From a virus (Duplodnaviria; Caudoviricetes), in IMG/VR virus record IMGVR_UViG_3300030101_003657, positions 1 to 59,970 of that record: a stretch of 59,970 nucleotides of DNA. The stretch is one strand, 5' to 3'. The notes beneath the pieces are model-generated. The model was not told the DNA's origin. It was given only the letters and a program-made list of their open reading frames with translations, and did not search any database. Shown here in pieces: positions 47,847 through 57,651 of this stretch; position 1 is the stretch's first letter; every line of letters starts with the position of its first letter. The position numbers and the translations under genes are program-made.

Positions 47847-49709
47847 TTAAGTAATCTCACAAGCACCACCAGCACAAGCAAGCTCACCACTAAGATCAGT
47901 GTTGTCTTCAGTTTCGAGTACATTTTCTAAATTTATATCAGTTAAGTGTTGTAACATATTTATATATGTTCCTTCATCAATGTCTTCAAAAGGCGCTTGA
48001 GTATAAGTACCACCATCATACGGTAATACAGATAAACCATTATAATGTTTTCTATTATTCCACATCCATTCACCTGCATCTTCCCACTCTCCAGACTCTA
48101 AACTAACAGTAGCAGAAACATTATGAGTGTTAGATCCTTTTCTATGACCAGGTGCAACCCATTCTGTAGCTACCTTTTTTATACGTTCAAGCAATTGAAA
48201 AGGTGACTCAGTTCTAAGTATAGATCCCTCAGGTGCTTTCTGTGGTATACTAATCACAGCGGTATCATGAGGTCTAAAAAATTCATCTTCAACTAATAGT
48301 GGATGTTTTTTAACTAAGTATTTATATATACTTTCGTTTTTACCAACTCTGATCCTACGGACATAATAATCGTTATGCCATGCATGTATACCAGATGATG
48401 TTCCTAGCGCCAGAGATGTAGTCCCTGCAGGCTTTACGGTTGTACATCGCGCTGCAGAATTAATTCCAATCAGCTTCGCGACTCTTGCGTTTTCTTTTTT
48501 TACTACTTGAGCGGCTTTCTTCATGTCGTATCCTAACACCGTGCCAGATCCTATACCCGTCATACTCACACCTATTAAAGCGTCTTTCTCTGTTGTTTGT
48601 TGCCATACTTCTCTTAAATAGTGAAAGTCAGTATACCCTGCTTGTAAAGTGCCTATAAAGGCAGCAGCTTTCACTCTATTGTTTAAATCTTCTTGTGATT
48701 CAATATCACTAGCGTTTACTTCACACAGGTTGCAAAACTGATATGGTCGTAAAGCTATCTCACAGCAAGGGTTTGTACCCCACTCTTTATCATTGTTGAA
48801 ATATATTCCAGGCTCTCCTGCTCCAGATAATTCTACACGTTTCCATAAATCCATAAAAAAATCCTTAGTAATTTTATGTCTCATAAGAACAGCAGAGTTG
48901 TTAGCTCTACCTCTTTGTGGATTTGTTTCCCACCAATTTCCAGATTTTGCTGAGATCATTTCGTCGTCGTCTGCGGAAAACAAACTTATTAAAGCTGCTC
49001 GACGTATCCCACCAGCTAAAACAGCATCTGCTATATGGCATACTATATCGTGTACTTCTAATGTGGAGAGCATATCTGTATCTTCCTTTGAATCTAAGAC
49101 TCCTGTTATTTTTACTATACATTCTTTAAGTGGTTGAGGTCCAGGTGCTTTACCACCAGACGTTACTAACATTGCACCTTTAGGGCGTATATCAGAGTAA
49201 TCAAACTCTATACGTGAACTTCTTTTGTCACCTAAATATGATTTCATTAATACTTTAATAGCATCTGCCCAGCCTTCTATTGAATCACCTATTAAAAACC
49301 TTCTTGTTCTTTTATTGTAAGGTTTATTTATCATTGGTAGTTTATTTACGTGGTGTTGTTGAACTGAGTAACCTACACCAGTGCCACCTAATAATAAAAA
49401 CATCACCTCATTAAACGATTCAACATGGTCAATAGGTAAATAAGCACAATTGTAGACACGATTAGGTGATATTTCAATCGGCTTACCACCAAACTGAAGC
49501 GATCGCATAGATGGTAAAATCTTTTTTTCATAGACCAATTTATATGTTGTTTTAATTTCATCTGTAAGCTCAGGATATTTTTTAATATGCATGTTCATGT
49601 TACGTGTAACTAGTTCGCCCCACGTCTCCCTACGGTTTAATTCAGGAATATATTTTGCATATTTCATGTAGACCGTTATATCACTTAGTATCTTGTTTGA
49701 TAGCTCCAT
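47847..49709 (-). CDS. nrdJ: Class II (adenosylcobalamin-dependent) ribonucleotide reductase
   Basis: VYNCAY, GTNPCCEI, TTVKPAGT and C-terminal ACAGGACE; no beta-subunit gene. Confidence 0.88.
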   Translation of the reverse strand: MELSNKILSDITVYMKYAKYIPELNRRETWGELVTRNMNMHIKKYPELTDEIKTTYKLVYEKKILPSMRSLQFGGKPIEISPNRVYNCAYLPIDHVESFNEVMFLLLGGTGVGYSVQQHHVNKLPMINKPYNKRTRRFLIGDSIEGWADAIKVLMKSYLGDKRSSRIEFDYSDIRPKGAMLVTSGGKAPGPQPLKECIVKITGVLDSKEDTDMLSTLEVHDIVCHIADAVLAGGIRRAALISLFSADDDEMISAKSGNWWETNPQRGRANNSAVLMRHKITKDFFMDLWKRVELSGAGEPGIYFNNDKEWGTNPCCEIALRPYQFCNLCEVNASDIESQEDLNNRVKAAAFIGTLQAGYTDFHYLREVWQQTTEKDALIGVSMTGIGSGTVLGYDMKKAAQVVKKENARVAKLIGINSAARCTTVKPAGTTSLALGTSSGIHAWHNDYYVRRIRVGKNESIYKYLVKKHPLLVEDEFFRPHDTAVISIPQKAPEGSILRTESPFQLLERIKKVATEWVAPGHRKGSNTHNVSATVSLESGEWEDAGEWMWNNRKHYNGLSVLPYDGGTYTQAPFEDIDEGTYINMLQHLTDINLENVLETEDNTDLSGELACAGGACEIT

Positions 49710-49920
49710 TTGCTTTTACTTTTTGCTTTTCTTTAACTTCTTCTTCCATTTTTGTTTTTAACTTTTCAATGGCGTCTTCATATCCGGGTAATAACTTAAC
49801 TGTTTCTAAAGTTCCTACGCCTAGTTCTCTTAAGTGAGATGTTTCATTTATTAATTGCTGCAAAACTCTAGTCATTGCATCAATTTTATTTTTCATTTCC
49901 AGCAAAGTATTTTCTTTCAT
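49681..49920 (-). CDS. Hypothetical coiled-coil protein
   Basis: ORF track. Confidence 0.65.
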   Translation of the reverse strand: MKENTLLEMKNKIDAMTRVLQQLINETSHLRELGVGTLETVKLLPGYEDAIEKLKTKMEEEVKEKQKVKANGAIKQDTK

Positions 49921-50059
49921 ACTCTAATAATTCTTTTAATTTTAAATAACCTTTATTTTCAACGCTCCACTTAATAAACTTTTCTAGTTTACGCTCTGCA
50001 TATTTTCTTCTAGCTAAGTCTTTCTGTTCCCAAGAATTAAGCTTACGGTTTCGTCGCAT
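49886..50059 (-). CDS. Small basic protein, 57 aa (MRRNRKLNSWEQKDLARRKYAERKLEKF...)
   Basis: Hand-translated; bridges the gap between neighbouring ORFs. Confidence 0.5.
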   Translation of the reverse strand: MRRNRKLNSWEQKDLARRKYAERKLEKFIKWSVENKGYLKLKELLEYERKYFAGNEK

Positions 50060-50457
50060 TCTTTTTGATTTTGAGGTTTGTAGATAATAACTTTAGGTAG
50101 TTTTTTTGAGGCATACATCTTAAAAAGTTTCCAACGTATAGGAAAAGATTCGTTTGGCCTTCCTTTACACTCAATAATGAAGCCTGTTCCTGTAAAATCA
50201 GGTGTATAAGTGACTTTACGTATTGCTTTGCCTCCTCTATTTCTATACTCTCCCTTAGAGTTTGTTTGTCTTTCATAACATTTATTTTTAAAGTCAAATG
50301 AAGGGATTAACTCATAGCTAACCCCTTCATATTTAGCTTTTATTTTTGCGGCTTTTAATGCTTTATACATATAAGCTTCAAGACCTGACTTAAATTCTAT
50401 ACCATCAACAATTACTTTTTTAGACCTTACAGGACCTCTTTTTTTACGTCGTAACAT
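50014..50457 (-). CDS. T7 endonuclease I-like Holliday junction resolvase
   Basis: FKSGLE...YEG...YTPDF...IIECKG PD-(D/E)xK pattern. Confidence 0.75.
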   Translation of the reverse strand: MLRRKKRGPVRSKKVIVDGIEFKSGLEAYMYKALKAAKIKAKYEGVSYELIPSFDFKNKCYERQTNSKGEYRNRGGKAIRKVTYTPDFTGTGFIIECKGRPNESFPIRWKLFKMYASKKLPKVIIYKPQNQKECDETVSLILGNRKT

Positions 50458-50761
50458 CCGTCACGTAATAAGGCAACCCAGCGTTTTTATCGTTAAAATC
50501 TAACTGTGCTGTTGATAGTTTAGGTTGTGATTTATTTTCTAATGATTCTTTAGCAGATTGAATATATAATATTGCATCCATTAACTCCTCTTGAACGTCG
50601 TTAAGATATCCTGCTAGATCTTTATGTCCACCAGTTCTTTCATCGTGTAATGTTTTACCGTATTTTTTATAACCCACATCAGAGCGTGTTACAAATTTAT
50701 CAACAACTCTCTCTACAACAGGGTCTCTAAATTTAATTTCTTTAGTCTTCATCTTTAACAA
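50444..50761 (-). CDS. All-alpha NTP pyrophosphatase (MazG-superfamily)-like protein
   Basis: RSDVGYKKYGKTL...QEELMDAILY (EExxD). Confidence 0.5.
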   Translation of the reverse strand: MLKMKTKEIKFRDPVVERVVDKFVTRSDVGYKKYGKTLHDERTGGHKDLAGYLNDVQEELMDAILYIQSAKESLENKSQPKLSTAQLDFNDKNAGLPYYVTDVTT

Positions 50762-51584
50762 ATGTTCCGTTAATCATTTTACCAGTACGTTTTGATATCA
50801 CCTTGTAAGCCTTGTCTATACAGTTCTCAATAGTAGTTCCGCCTAAGTGAGCTAAGTTAGTTAATACAACAACCATATCGCCAATAGCATCTTCAAACTC
50901 AGCTTGGTCATTTTTTAACACTGCTCTACCAAGCTCACCTGCTTCTTCCATTAATTTGCAGTATTGAGTTTTAGTATCGCCTCCTTTGTATAAGCCTCTT
51001 TCTCCTGCCCAGTCTCTTATTAATTGGAACCTGTCATTATCGACCCAAGCTTTACCATTTTGTTTTATTGGTCTTTCAACTAACTGTCTTATATACTTAG
51101 TATATTCATCAGATGTTTTTCTAGCGTGTACAGGTTTTATTATAGCTTCAAAAAAAGCTTTGTTGTATATGTAAGATCTATTTTTATTAAACATAGATGT
51201 TTTTACATTTTTCATTATCCAGTCTATAGACTCATTGTTTATTGTAAATGTACCATGTATTGTTTCCCATGAGTTACCTAACTCATCCATCAATCTACCT
51301 TTTAATTTGTTTACAGGCACTGGAAATGTACTGGTTTGTTCGGTTGCGTTTATATTCATTTTAAATAATTTATTATATGGTTTAAGGTCTACTTTATAGC
51401 CATAAGACTTTTGAAGTTCTAACTCGCGGCTCGATATATAATCGATGTCTGTGCTTTGATCTAGAACTTCATATTCGTCTGGGTTATAACCTTGTTGTTC
51501 GGTAACCCTGCTATTAAGATTACGTGTAACACCTATTTTTTTACCCGGTATATGGTATAAATAATATACACAATTATTATCCAT
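50742..51584 (-). CDS. MazG-like pyrophosphohydrolase with a GIY-YIG-like N-terminal extension (start revised to ATG 51584)
   Basis: C-terminal KLMEEAGEL...DAIGDMVVVL; N-terminal YYLYHIPGKKIGVTRNL. Confidence 0.75.
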   Translation of the reverse strand: MDNNCVYYLYHIPGKKIGVTRNLNSRVTEQQGYNPDEYEVLDQSTDIDYISSRELELQKSYGYKVDLKPYNKLFKMNINATEQTSTFPVPVNKLKGRLMDELGNSWETIHGTFTINNESIDWIMKNVKTSMFNKNRSYIYNKAFFEAIIKPVHARKTSDEYTKYIRQLVERPIKQNGKAWVDNDRFQLIRDWAGERGLYKGGDTKTQYCKLMEEAGELGRAVLKNDQAEFEDAIGDMVVVLTNLAHLGGTTIENCIDKAYKVISKRTGKMINGTFVKDED

Positions 51585-52287
51585 AATGATCAGATTTTCT
51601 TTGTGCAAGATTATCAGGACGTTGCGGATATTTACCTAAGTCCCTGTTGTAAAGATGTAAGTTGTGTGCGAAATGAAAATAACTACCAGTTTCATAATCT
51701 GTTTCCTCTGCAACTAGTTTTTGTAATTCTGAAAAACAGTATTGATCATTACAGAAACCAAACCAGAGATCATTAGATCGCATTGTAACGCACATATTTA
51801 ATTTATCATTTACAACTGTAAACTGTATCGCATAGGTACAAGGCGTATCGCTGTCGTATGTGTTTATTTCTTTACCGTCGTATATTGATATTGCAGCTTG
51901 TCTAGTTGTAGGTTGTCGTCTTAACATTGCTATAACTCTATCTAACTGATCTTTTCTTTCCCATTGATAACCATAGTTAGAGTTAACATTACCGTTATCG
52001 TCTGCCATACGTCTCCATATAGCAGGTATTTTACCGTATAGTTCACCTAGCTTTTTAATGTTACGATCACCTGACTCATACCAACGCCACTCTGCTTTAG
52101 CGTAGTTATGTTTCCAATTACGCCAATCAAAAGTTATTATATTATTGTTAGGTTCTGTCATTTCGAAACCTATATTAAATAAAGCTCTTGTACCAGCAAA
52201 GTCTACACCATAGTAAGATATACACTGATACCAGTATTCAAAAGCTTCATTCGCTGTTTTAAATTTATTTGCGAATGTTTTTATCAT
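51577..52287 (-). CDS. Thymidylate-synthase-fold enzyme, dCMP hydroxymethylase/methylase-like (start revised to ATG 52287)
   Basis: NSNYG, DTPCT, MRSNDLWFGFCND and NLHLY; Asp at the ThyA Asn177 position. Confidence 0.8.
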   Translation of the reverse strand: MIKTFANKFKTANEAFEYWYQCISYYGVDFAGTRALFNIGFEMTEPNNNIITFDWRNWKHNYAKAEWRWYESGDRNIKKLGELYGKIPAIWRRMADDNGNVNSNYGYQWERKDQLDRVIAMLRRQPTTRQAAISIYDGKEINTYDSDTPCTYAIQFTVVNDKLNMCVTMRSNDLWFGFCNDQYCFSELQKLVAEETDYETGSYFHFAHNLHLYNRDLGKYPQRPDNLAQRKSDHYG

Positions 52288-52528
52288 AATAAAATCTATA
52301 TAATTCAAATATTTTACTATATAAGTCTTCAGGTCCATATGTTTTAGGACTTATGACTTTCTTGCCTTTAACTTCAACTTGGATAGTCCACGCTTTATTG
52401 TAGTTACCCTTGCCTACAGCTAAGGCAGATATGTATATTCCATGGTTTATACACCAACTGTATGCATCTTTATTAGCTTTATCCCACATAGGTGGTTTGC
52501 ATTCAGTGTACTTAGGTTTTATTCCCAT
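52265..52528 (-). CDS. Hypothetical protein
   Basis: ORF coupled to neighbours. Confidence 0.6.
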   Translation of the reverse strand: MGIKPKYTECKPPMWDKANKDAYSWCINHGIYISALAVGKGNYNKAWTIQVEVKGKKVISPKTYGPEDLYSKIFELYRFYYDKNIRK

Positions 52529-54243
52529 GGCATTGCCTCTTCCATTTCAGGCATTACATGTGGTACAAAGCAGCCAGACTTTGGTTCCCATGTAAAAAAG
52601 GCTTCGGCTCCATTTTCGCCGAGGTTTTGAAACTTACACTTAAGTATTTTAACTTTAGTTGTTTTAGTTTCATAATCACGATGTACAAGTAAACCGTGAT
52701 AACTAGCATCATACCACTCACCACCGCCTTTAATGTTGTACATAGTTGGTTCTTCAATTTTACCATCTTGTGTTTTATACATTTTAGTTGGATGAGCTAC
52801 TATAAATACTAATACATCATATTTCTTAGCAAATGTTTCGATCTTAGTTAAGTACTCCATTGTATACTTGTTAACATCCTCTGTATTGCAATCAACGTCT
52901 CTTACTTTATTAAATGGATCTATAACTAAACATTTAATACCTTTACGTTTAACTAGCTCAGCTCCTTTACGTAATACAGATTCTAAAGTATAACGCTCCA
53001 TGTCGATAAAGAAAAAGTTATCATTAACATGGCTTGCTACACTGTTCCATTTATCTCTACCAATGTCTCCTCTTTGAGGCATATCACCCCATACTTTACG
53101 CATTAACTTATGTGCGTGTAAATAAGTAGGAGCATTTTCAGGTGAAGCAAAAGCTGTTTTCCAACCATACTCTTTATTATAACCTACACACATTTGATCT
53201 ACAAAATCTGATTTACCTGAACTAGGTATACCAGTTACAGTTATAAATTGTTTAGTATACGTACTAAATATGTTATCAAAGTTATTAAGGCCAATAGTGT
53301 AACCACGTTTAAAACCATTTTTAACAAAATCTGTGATTTCATCTTCTATATCTCTAAATGTAGTAACGTTTTCTAACGGTACTGGTTTTGCATTTTTAAC
53401 ACGTGACAATAGCTCTTTAGCTGAATACTTTAATAAGTATTCGTTGGCGTCTTTACAATCATCAAATGTAACTAAATAACAAGTTTCAGCACCTAGTCTA
53501 CGTATAAGCTCAGCTTGTAGCGCTTGACCAGGTGGATCATTGTCTACTGCAATGATTATTTTCTTTTTATCTTCAAAATAATCTATACAGTTATCTAAGT
53601 AGTCTAAATTGTTACTGTTTAATGTAGCACCGTTAGGAACTGATATTGCGTTTGGTATACCAGCTTCATGTAAAGCTAACACGTCCATTTCACCTTCAAC
53701 TATAATACATTCATCATGGCCTACAGTATTATCTATATTATAAAATACTTTTTCAGCTCCTTTGTATAACTTAAAGTTTTTACGAGCATCTCTGTATTTA
53801 ATATTAGTAAGCTGTCCACCTACATAATAATTAAACTGAATAGTATTCTCGGTTTTACCGGTCTGTGGCATATATTCTTTACCTACACTAACTTTTAGCT
53901 CATCTAATGTTTCTTTAGATATACCTCTAGTTTTAAACCATTGTAATGCTTTGGGTTTAGGTCTACTGCTAATTTTCTGAAAATTAAGCTCAGGTGGTAT
54001 AACATATTCACGTTCAGCTTTACCTTTACGTTTGTATGTGTGCATTTGAAAAGTGCTATCACAGTTATGGCAAGTACCAAGACCACGTTCCCAATCATAG
54101 CTAGCACACTTTGCTTTTCTATTTTCAGGTTTCCTAGAAGACGAACACAGGGGACAAGTCCCCTGCGATTTACCTACGTCTAAGCCGTGCTGATTAAAGT
54201 TTTCAATTTGAAAACCATTTATTTGTATTTCTTCGACTTGCAT
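52519..54243 (-). CDS. T7 gp4/Twinkle-like DNA primase-helicase
   Basis: CPLC...CHNC Zn finger, TOPRIM EGEMD/DND/DANE, Walker A GIPSSGKS, VIDP, VAHP. Confidence 0.92.
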   Translation of the reverse strand: MQVEEIQINGFQIENFNQHGLDVGKSQGTCPLCSSSRKPENRKAKCASYDWERGLGTCHNCDSTFQMHTYKRKGKAEREYVIPPELNFQKISSRPKPKALQWFKTRGISKETLDELKVSVGKEYMPQTGKTENTIQFNYYVGGQLTNIKYRDARKNFKLYKGAEKVFYNIDNTVGHDECIIVEGEMDVLALHEAGIPNAISVPNGATLNSNNLDYLDNCIDYFEDKKKIIIAVDNDPPGQALQAELIRRLGAETCYLVTFDDCKDANEYLLKYSAKELLSRVKNAKPVPLENVTTFRDIEDEITDFVKNGFKRGYTIGLNNFDNIFSTYTKQFITVTGIPSSGKSDFVDQMCVGYNKEYGWKTAFASPENAPTYLHAHKLMRKVWGDMPQRGDIGRDKWNSVASHVNDNFFFIDMERYTLESVLRKGAELVKRKGIKCLVIDPFNKVRDVDCNTEDVNKYTMEYLTKIETFAKKYDVLVFIVAHPTKMYKTQDGKIEEPTMYNIKGGGEWYDASYHGLLVHRDYETKTTKVKILKCKFQNLGENGAEAFFTWEPKSGCFVPHVMPEMEEAMPWE

Positions 54244-54253
54244 TTATATTTAA

Positions 54254-54559
54254 TTAAAATGGTAGATCAGCTTCTTCTACCTTTGGTTGTGCTTGTTTTT
54301 GTGGTTGATTATCTGTTACTCTATCTGGAAACATACCGTTAGTCCATACTACTTTAACATTACCTAAGTAAGTCTTTTCGCTTTTAGCTTCTCTTTCTTC
54401 TTTAGTCTGATCAACTATAACTGGACCTTGGTTTCCAAATTGGTCTGGTTCATCATTAATAGTTATGGAAATAGGAAGATACCTACCCTTTTTTCCTTTG
54501 TATATTTTATCCTTTGGTATCGCGTCTAAGTTAATATTAGCTTTTACTATTCCTGCCAT
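54254..54559 (-). CDS. Putative single-stranded DNA-binding protein
   Basis: Small beta-rich protein with an acidic tail ending DLPF, next to the helicase. Confidence 0.6.
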   Translation of the reverse strand: MAGIVKANINLDAIPKDKIYKGKKGRYLPISITINDEPDQFGNQGPVIVDQTKEEREAKSEKTYLGNVKVVWTNGMFPDRVTDNQPQKQAQPKVEEADLPF

Positions 54560-54561
54560 TG

Positions 54562-55293
54562 TTATAATGTTTGGTTTATAAAATATTGCTCAGGGTCAAA
54601 ACCCTCTGTGTTATAAAACAGATCGTAAGCTTCTGAAGCTTTTTCAACTTTGTTCATGCCTGATCTATAAAAGTCATCAGAGCAGTCAAACAAACCTATT
54701 CTACCGTTGTTTTTATCTATTACTATAAATACAAACTCATAGCCAAATAGCTCTCTATATATGTACGCTTGAGAATCATAATTATATTTTTTAGCGTTCC
54801 ATTTAAAGCTATCAAGATCAGAAGTTGTTTTAAGATCTATTATTAGTTTTTCGTTGTGATTAACAACGTCTGCTTTGCCTTTCCACATTTGGCCAAACAA
54901 CTCTGTTATTTGAGGTATTTCATATTCAGAAGCTTCTTCTGATATTAAATCTCTACAAACTTTATTGTTTAACATTGTAGAAATAAGATTGTCAATTAAG
55001 TCAACCTCGTGTTGTAGTAAACACATTTCACCGCCTGACATCTCTTTGTAAACTTTAGTATTTCTAGTACTAGCATCTATTATCTTGTACTTTTTTAGTT
55101 TATCAGGTTCAAGTATTGCAGTGTGAAAATAGCCTCCTACTAAGAAGTGAGCATTTGTCTTACTTGGTTCTTTTAGTTTTAACGGATCTTTAAGTAGTGT
55201 TTTAATATCTGAATTACTTAAATACTGTTTACCAAAGTCACCGTAGTAGTGCTCATCTATTCTAAGTTTATCTATTATTTCATCACGTTTCAT
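54562..55293 (-). CDS. RecE/exonuclease VIII-like PD-(D/E)xK nuclease (DUF3799 type)
   Basis: LSNSDIK, GGYFHTAILEP, KGKAD...IIDLKTT, YDSQAYIY. Confidence 0.78.
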   Translation of the reverse strand: MKRDEIIDKLRIDEHYYGDFGKQYLSNSDIKTLLKDPLKLKEPSKTNAHFLVGGYFHTAILEPDKLKKYKIIDASTRNTKVYKEMSGGEMCLLQHEVDLIDNLISTMLNNKVCRDLISEEASEYEIPQITELFGQMWKGKADVVNHNEKLIIDLKTTSDLDSFKWNAKKYNYDSQAYIYRELFGYEFVFIVIDKNNGRIGLFDCSDDFYRSGMNKVEKASEAYDLFYNTEGFDPEQYFINQTL

Positions 55294-55817
55294 AACGTAG
55301 TTAATAACTTTTCATGCTTAGGAGTTACATCGTATTTAGCTTTAATAGCATTTATGCTACCACCTTTTGCAATATATTCCTTAGCTTTAGCTAGTGATTC
55401 GTTTGTCAACTTTTGCTTGGCAGTTGATTTACCATGTGTATTTGTTGCATCTGAATCTTGAGTATCATCTATCAAGAACAGATTGCCAAGTGCATATTTT
55501 TTACCATACGAACTTGCAGCGCCGTATTTCTGTGGCATTTGCATACCTTTTTGATCTAGATCAACACCGACTACAGCTTTAGATTCTATACTATCTTTAC
55601 CATCAGATACTTTTGCAGTAACCTGCATTACTGGTGGATCAAAAGATACTAGCTGCTCGTTAACTGTAACCGTTACGTTTAGCTCTTTTAAAAAAGGTTT
55701 TGTTGCTTCGAGAATGTCTTCGGCAGATCGGAAATAATACTTACCGAACGAATTAAATCTACTTTTCTTTGATTTAAATTCAACTTGAATTTTACTTAAC
55801 TTTTCGTTAATTGTCAT
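55290..55817 (-). CDS. ERF-family ssDNA annealing protein
   Basis: FNSFGKYYFRSAEDIL and QKYGAASSYGKKYALGNLFLIDD. Confidence 0.85.
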   Translation of the reverse strand: MTINEKLSKIQVEFKSKKSRFNSFGKYYFRSAEDILEATKPFLKELNVTVTVNEQLVSFDPPVMQVTAKVSDGKDSIESKAVVGVDLDQKGMQMPQKYGAASSYGKKYALGNLFLIDDTQDSDATNTHGKSTAKQKLTNESLAKAKEYIAKGGSINAIKAKYDVTPKHEKLLTTL

Positions 55818-55827
55818 ACTATTATAA

Positions 55828-55852
55828 TTACACGTTTATTATACAATTTACA
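55828..55852 (-). promoter_or_regulatory. Putative middle promoter TGTAAATT-N9-ACGTGTAA
   Basis: Intergenic, upstream of the ERF/replication cluster; twin of 1056-1080. Confidence 0.6.
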
Positions 55853-55860
55853 ATGGTAAC

Positions 55861-56610
55861 TCACAGATAATCAAGCACTTGCGAGTGATCCACGTTTTCT
55901 ATTAATTTTTCTACAGCTTGCTTTTTTAGCTCTGAAACTCTTACATAAGCTGATACACCTTTAATACCTAATGCAGAAGCTATTTCATTAGCGGACCATT
56001 TAGGACCATCTAAACCATAGCTTTTGTTTAGAACAAACATTTCGTTCCACTCAAGATGTTTTAATAACAAACTCATTAAGTAAGCGTTGAGTAGTGTTTC
56101 GTTATAAGGATCTGACTTTTCAGGTATTTGATAAATCATATCTTCATCATCTTGCTTAGCATCGTAAGATAAAAATATAGAATTAAAAAACATCCTAACC
56201 ATTTTTTCATCTTTAGTGCTACGCATTTCATTAAGCTTATGCTCAGGTATACGCATTGTACCTCTATTTATATCAATAGCTCTACGTATTCCGCCTCTTA
56301 TTCTTTTAGCTAAAAATGATTTTAAAGTTTTCTCTACGTCGTCAGATGCAAATAGTTTTTCTCTATCTATTTTATCTACAGCTTTACATAGTTGTAAACT
56401 ACCTTCTTGTATTATATCCATTATAGACATAACACCTGAAGCTTCTTGACTTGTAGCAAACTTTCTACTTATGTTTTCTACTAAAGGTAAGAATATTACT
56501 TTTAACTCTACAGGTTTGTAATCTATAAATCTTTTTGTTTTTATACATTGTATAGCTATTTTAATATCTTCTTTGTATCTTATATAGTTCTTTACGTTAT
56601 ATTTTTTCAT
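55861..56610 (-). CDS. Phage sigma-70-family RNA polymerase sigma factor
   Basis: Region 2 LPLVENISRKF...DIIQEGSLQLCKAVDK, RIRGGIRRAI..MRIP; region 4 SANEIASALGI...VSELKKQAVEKL. Confidence 0.85.
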   Translation of the reverse strand: MKKYNVKNYIRYKEDIKIAIQCIKTKRFIDYKPVELKVIFLPLVENISRKFATSQEASGVMSIMDIIQEGSLQLCKAVDKIDREKLFASDDVEKTLKSFLAKRIRGGIRRAIDINRGTMRIPEHKLNEMRSTKDEKMVRMFFNSIFLSYDAKQDDEDMIYQIPEKSDPYNETLLNAYLMSLLLKHLEWNEMFVLNKSYGLDGPKWSANEIASALGIKGVSAYVRVSELKKQAVEKLIENVDHSQVLDYL

Positions 56611-57220
56611 TTTCTATATTTAGAAGATCTTTTTCTTTTCTTAACTCATCATTCATGCTTCTATGTATTGTTCTACTTGAACAGTCTAATAAGCCCGCTA
56701 TACGGCTTATTGTTATTTTTTTACCATCATGATTTAAATCTAACATGCATTGATAAATAGCTTCTTCATCTATCATACTTTTTCTACCTATTAATTTTCC
56801 TACAATACTAAGTTTTTGTTTTTTACTTAAACCACTATTGTCTTTAAATACTACTTTACGTAGTTTATTTTTAGGTGGTCTATCAAGATCTTGCATATAG
56901 ATATCATTTATTATATTGTTTAGCATTAAATTTGATATACTAAAAGTTACAAAACCATTTGGTTTATGTGTAATTACCATAGCTAATTCATCAAATTTAG
57001 CTTTATCCATACTAGGGTTTAGCCACCATAGTGTTAACAAATGCCATTTTAAAGATCTAATTGTGTTTATTCTAGCATCACTATTAAATAGACTATAATA
57101 CCCGTGAGTACCATCAGCATAATACCAACCCCAATCAAACTCTTTAGTTGGCTGATCTTCTGAATACTTTCTGTACACGATGCGGTTATCATTTAAGTAT
57201 TTCATAGCTCTGTATGACAT
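56597..57220 (-). CDS. Protein with a C-terminal helix-turn-helix (regulator or replication initiator)
   Basis: KITISRIAGLLDCSSRTIHR HTH. Confidence 0.6.
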   Translation of the reverse strand: MSYRAMKYLNDNRIVYRKYSEDQPTKEFDWGWYYADGTHGYYSLFNSDARINTIRSLKWHLLTLWWLNPSMDKAKFDELAMVITHKPNGFVTFSISNLMLNNIINDIYMQDLDRPPKNKLRKVVFKDNSGLSKKQKLSIVGKLIGRKSMIDEEAIYQCMLDLNHDGKKITISRIAGLLDCSSRTIHRSMNDELRKEKDLLNIENEKI

Positions 57221-57256
57221 TAGCCTATTACTCTATATCATTAGACCTTGTGTCAC
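57215..57256 (-). promoter_or_regulatory. GTGACA-N31-TGTCA element overlapping the HTH gene start
   Basis: Similar to 989-1034. Confidence 0.5.
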
Positions 57257-57368
57257 ACAATGTCTCATAAATCATTTGATCTTCTATATCTAATAGATAT
57301 TTTTGTACAATATCTTGTAAGGTTGCATGTCCATGCAAATCCATATAAGTTCTTTTACTTCCTGCCAT
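57228..57368 (-). CDS. Small hypothetical protein, 46 aa (MAGSKRTYMDLHG...)
   Basis: Hand-translated; overlaps the upstream stop. Confidence 0.45.
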   Translation of the reverse strand: MAGSKRTYMDLHGHATLQDIVQKYLLDIEDQMIYETLCDTRSNDIE

Positions 57369-57552
57369 TTTTTAATTTTCTTAAATATTCATTATATTTT
57401 AAGTATAACTTTCTTGTATTTATACCTATAGTACCATGCAAAGCTGCATCGTTACATATTTTATTTCTAAGCTCTACAACTCTTTTTTCTACATAGTTGT
57501 AGTGTTTTTTATGCTTTAAATACTTTATTAGTTCTTGTTTGTATCGTCTCAT
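57355..57552 (-). CDS. Small basic hypothetical protein
   Basis: ORF track. Confidence 0.55.
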   Translation of the reverse strand: MRRYKQELIKYLKHKKHYNYVEKRVVELRNKICNDAALHGTIGINTRKLYLKYNEYLRKLKNGRK

Positions 57553-57561
57553 GTTTAGTAA

Positions 57562-57651
57562 TTAAGGCAACGTGAACATAACAAATATTATAGTAAAAAA
57601 AACTATTATAGCACATAAAGACATTATCCACCAATCTTTATAATCTTTCAT
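57562..57651 (-). CDS. 29-aa single-TM peptide (MKDYKDWWIMSLCAIIVFFTIIFVMFTLP)
   Basis: Hand-translated; overlaps the upstream stop. Confidence 0.45.
   Translation of the reverse strand: MKDYKDWWIMSLCAIIVFFTIIFVMFTLP

Noticed and set aside
51577-52287. Annotation as ordinary thyA
   Set aside because: The specificity residue is Asp rather than Asn, so the gene symbol was withheld
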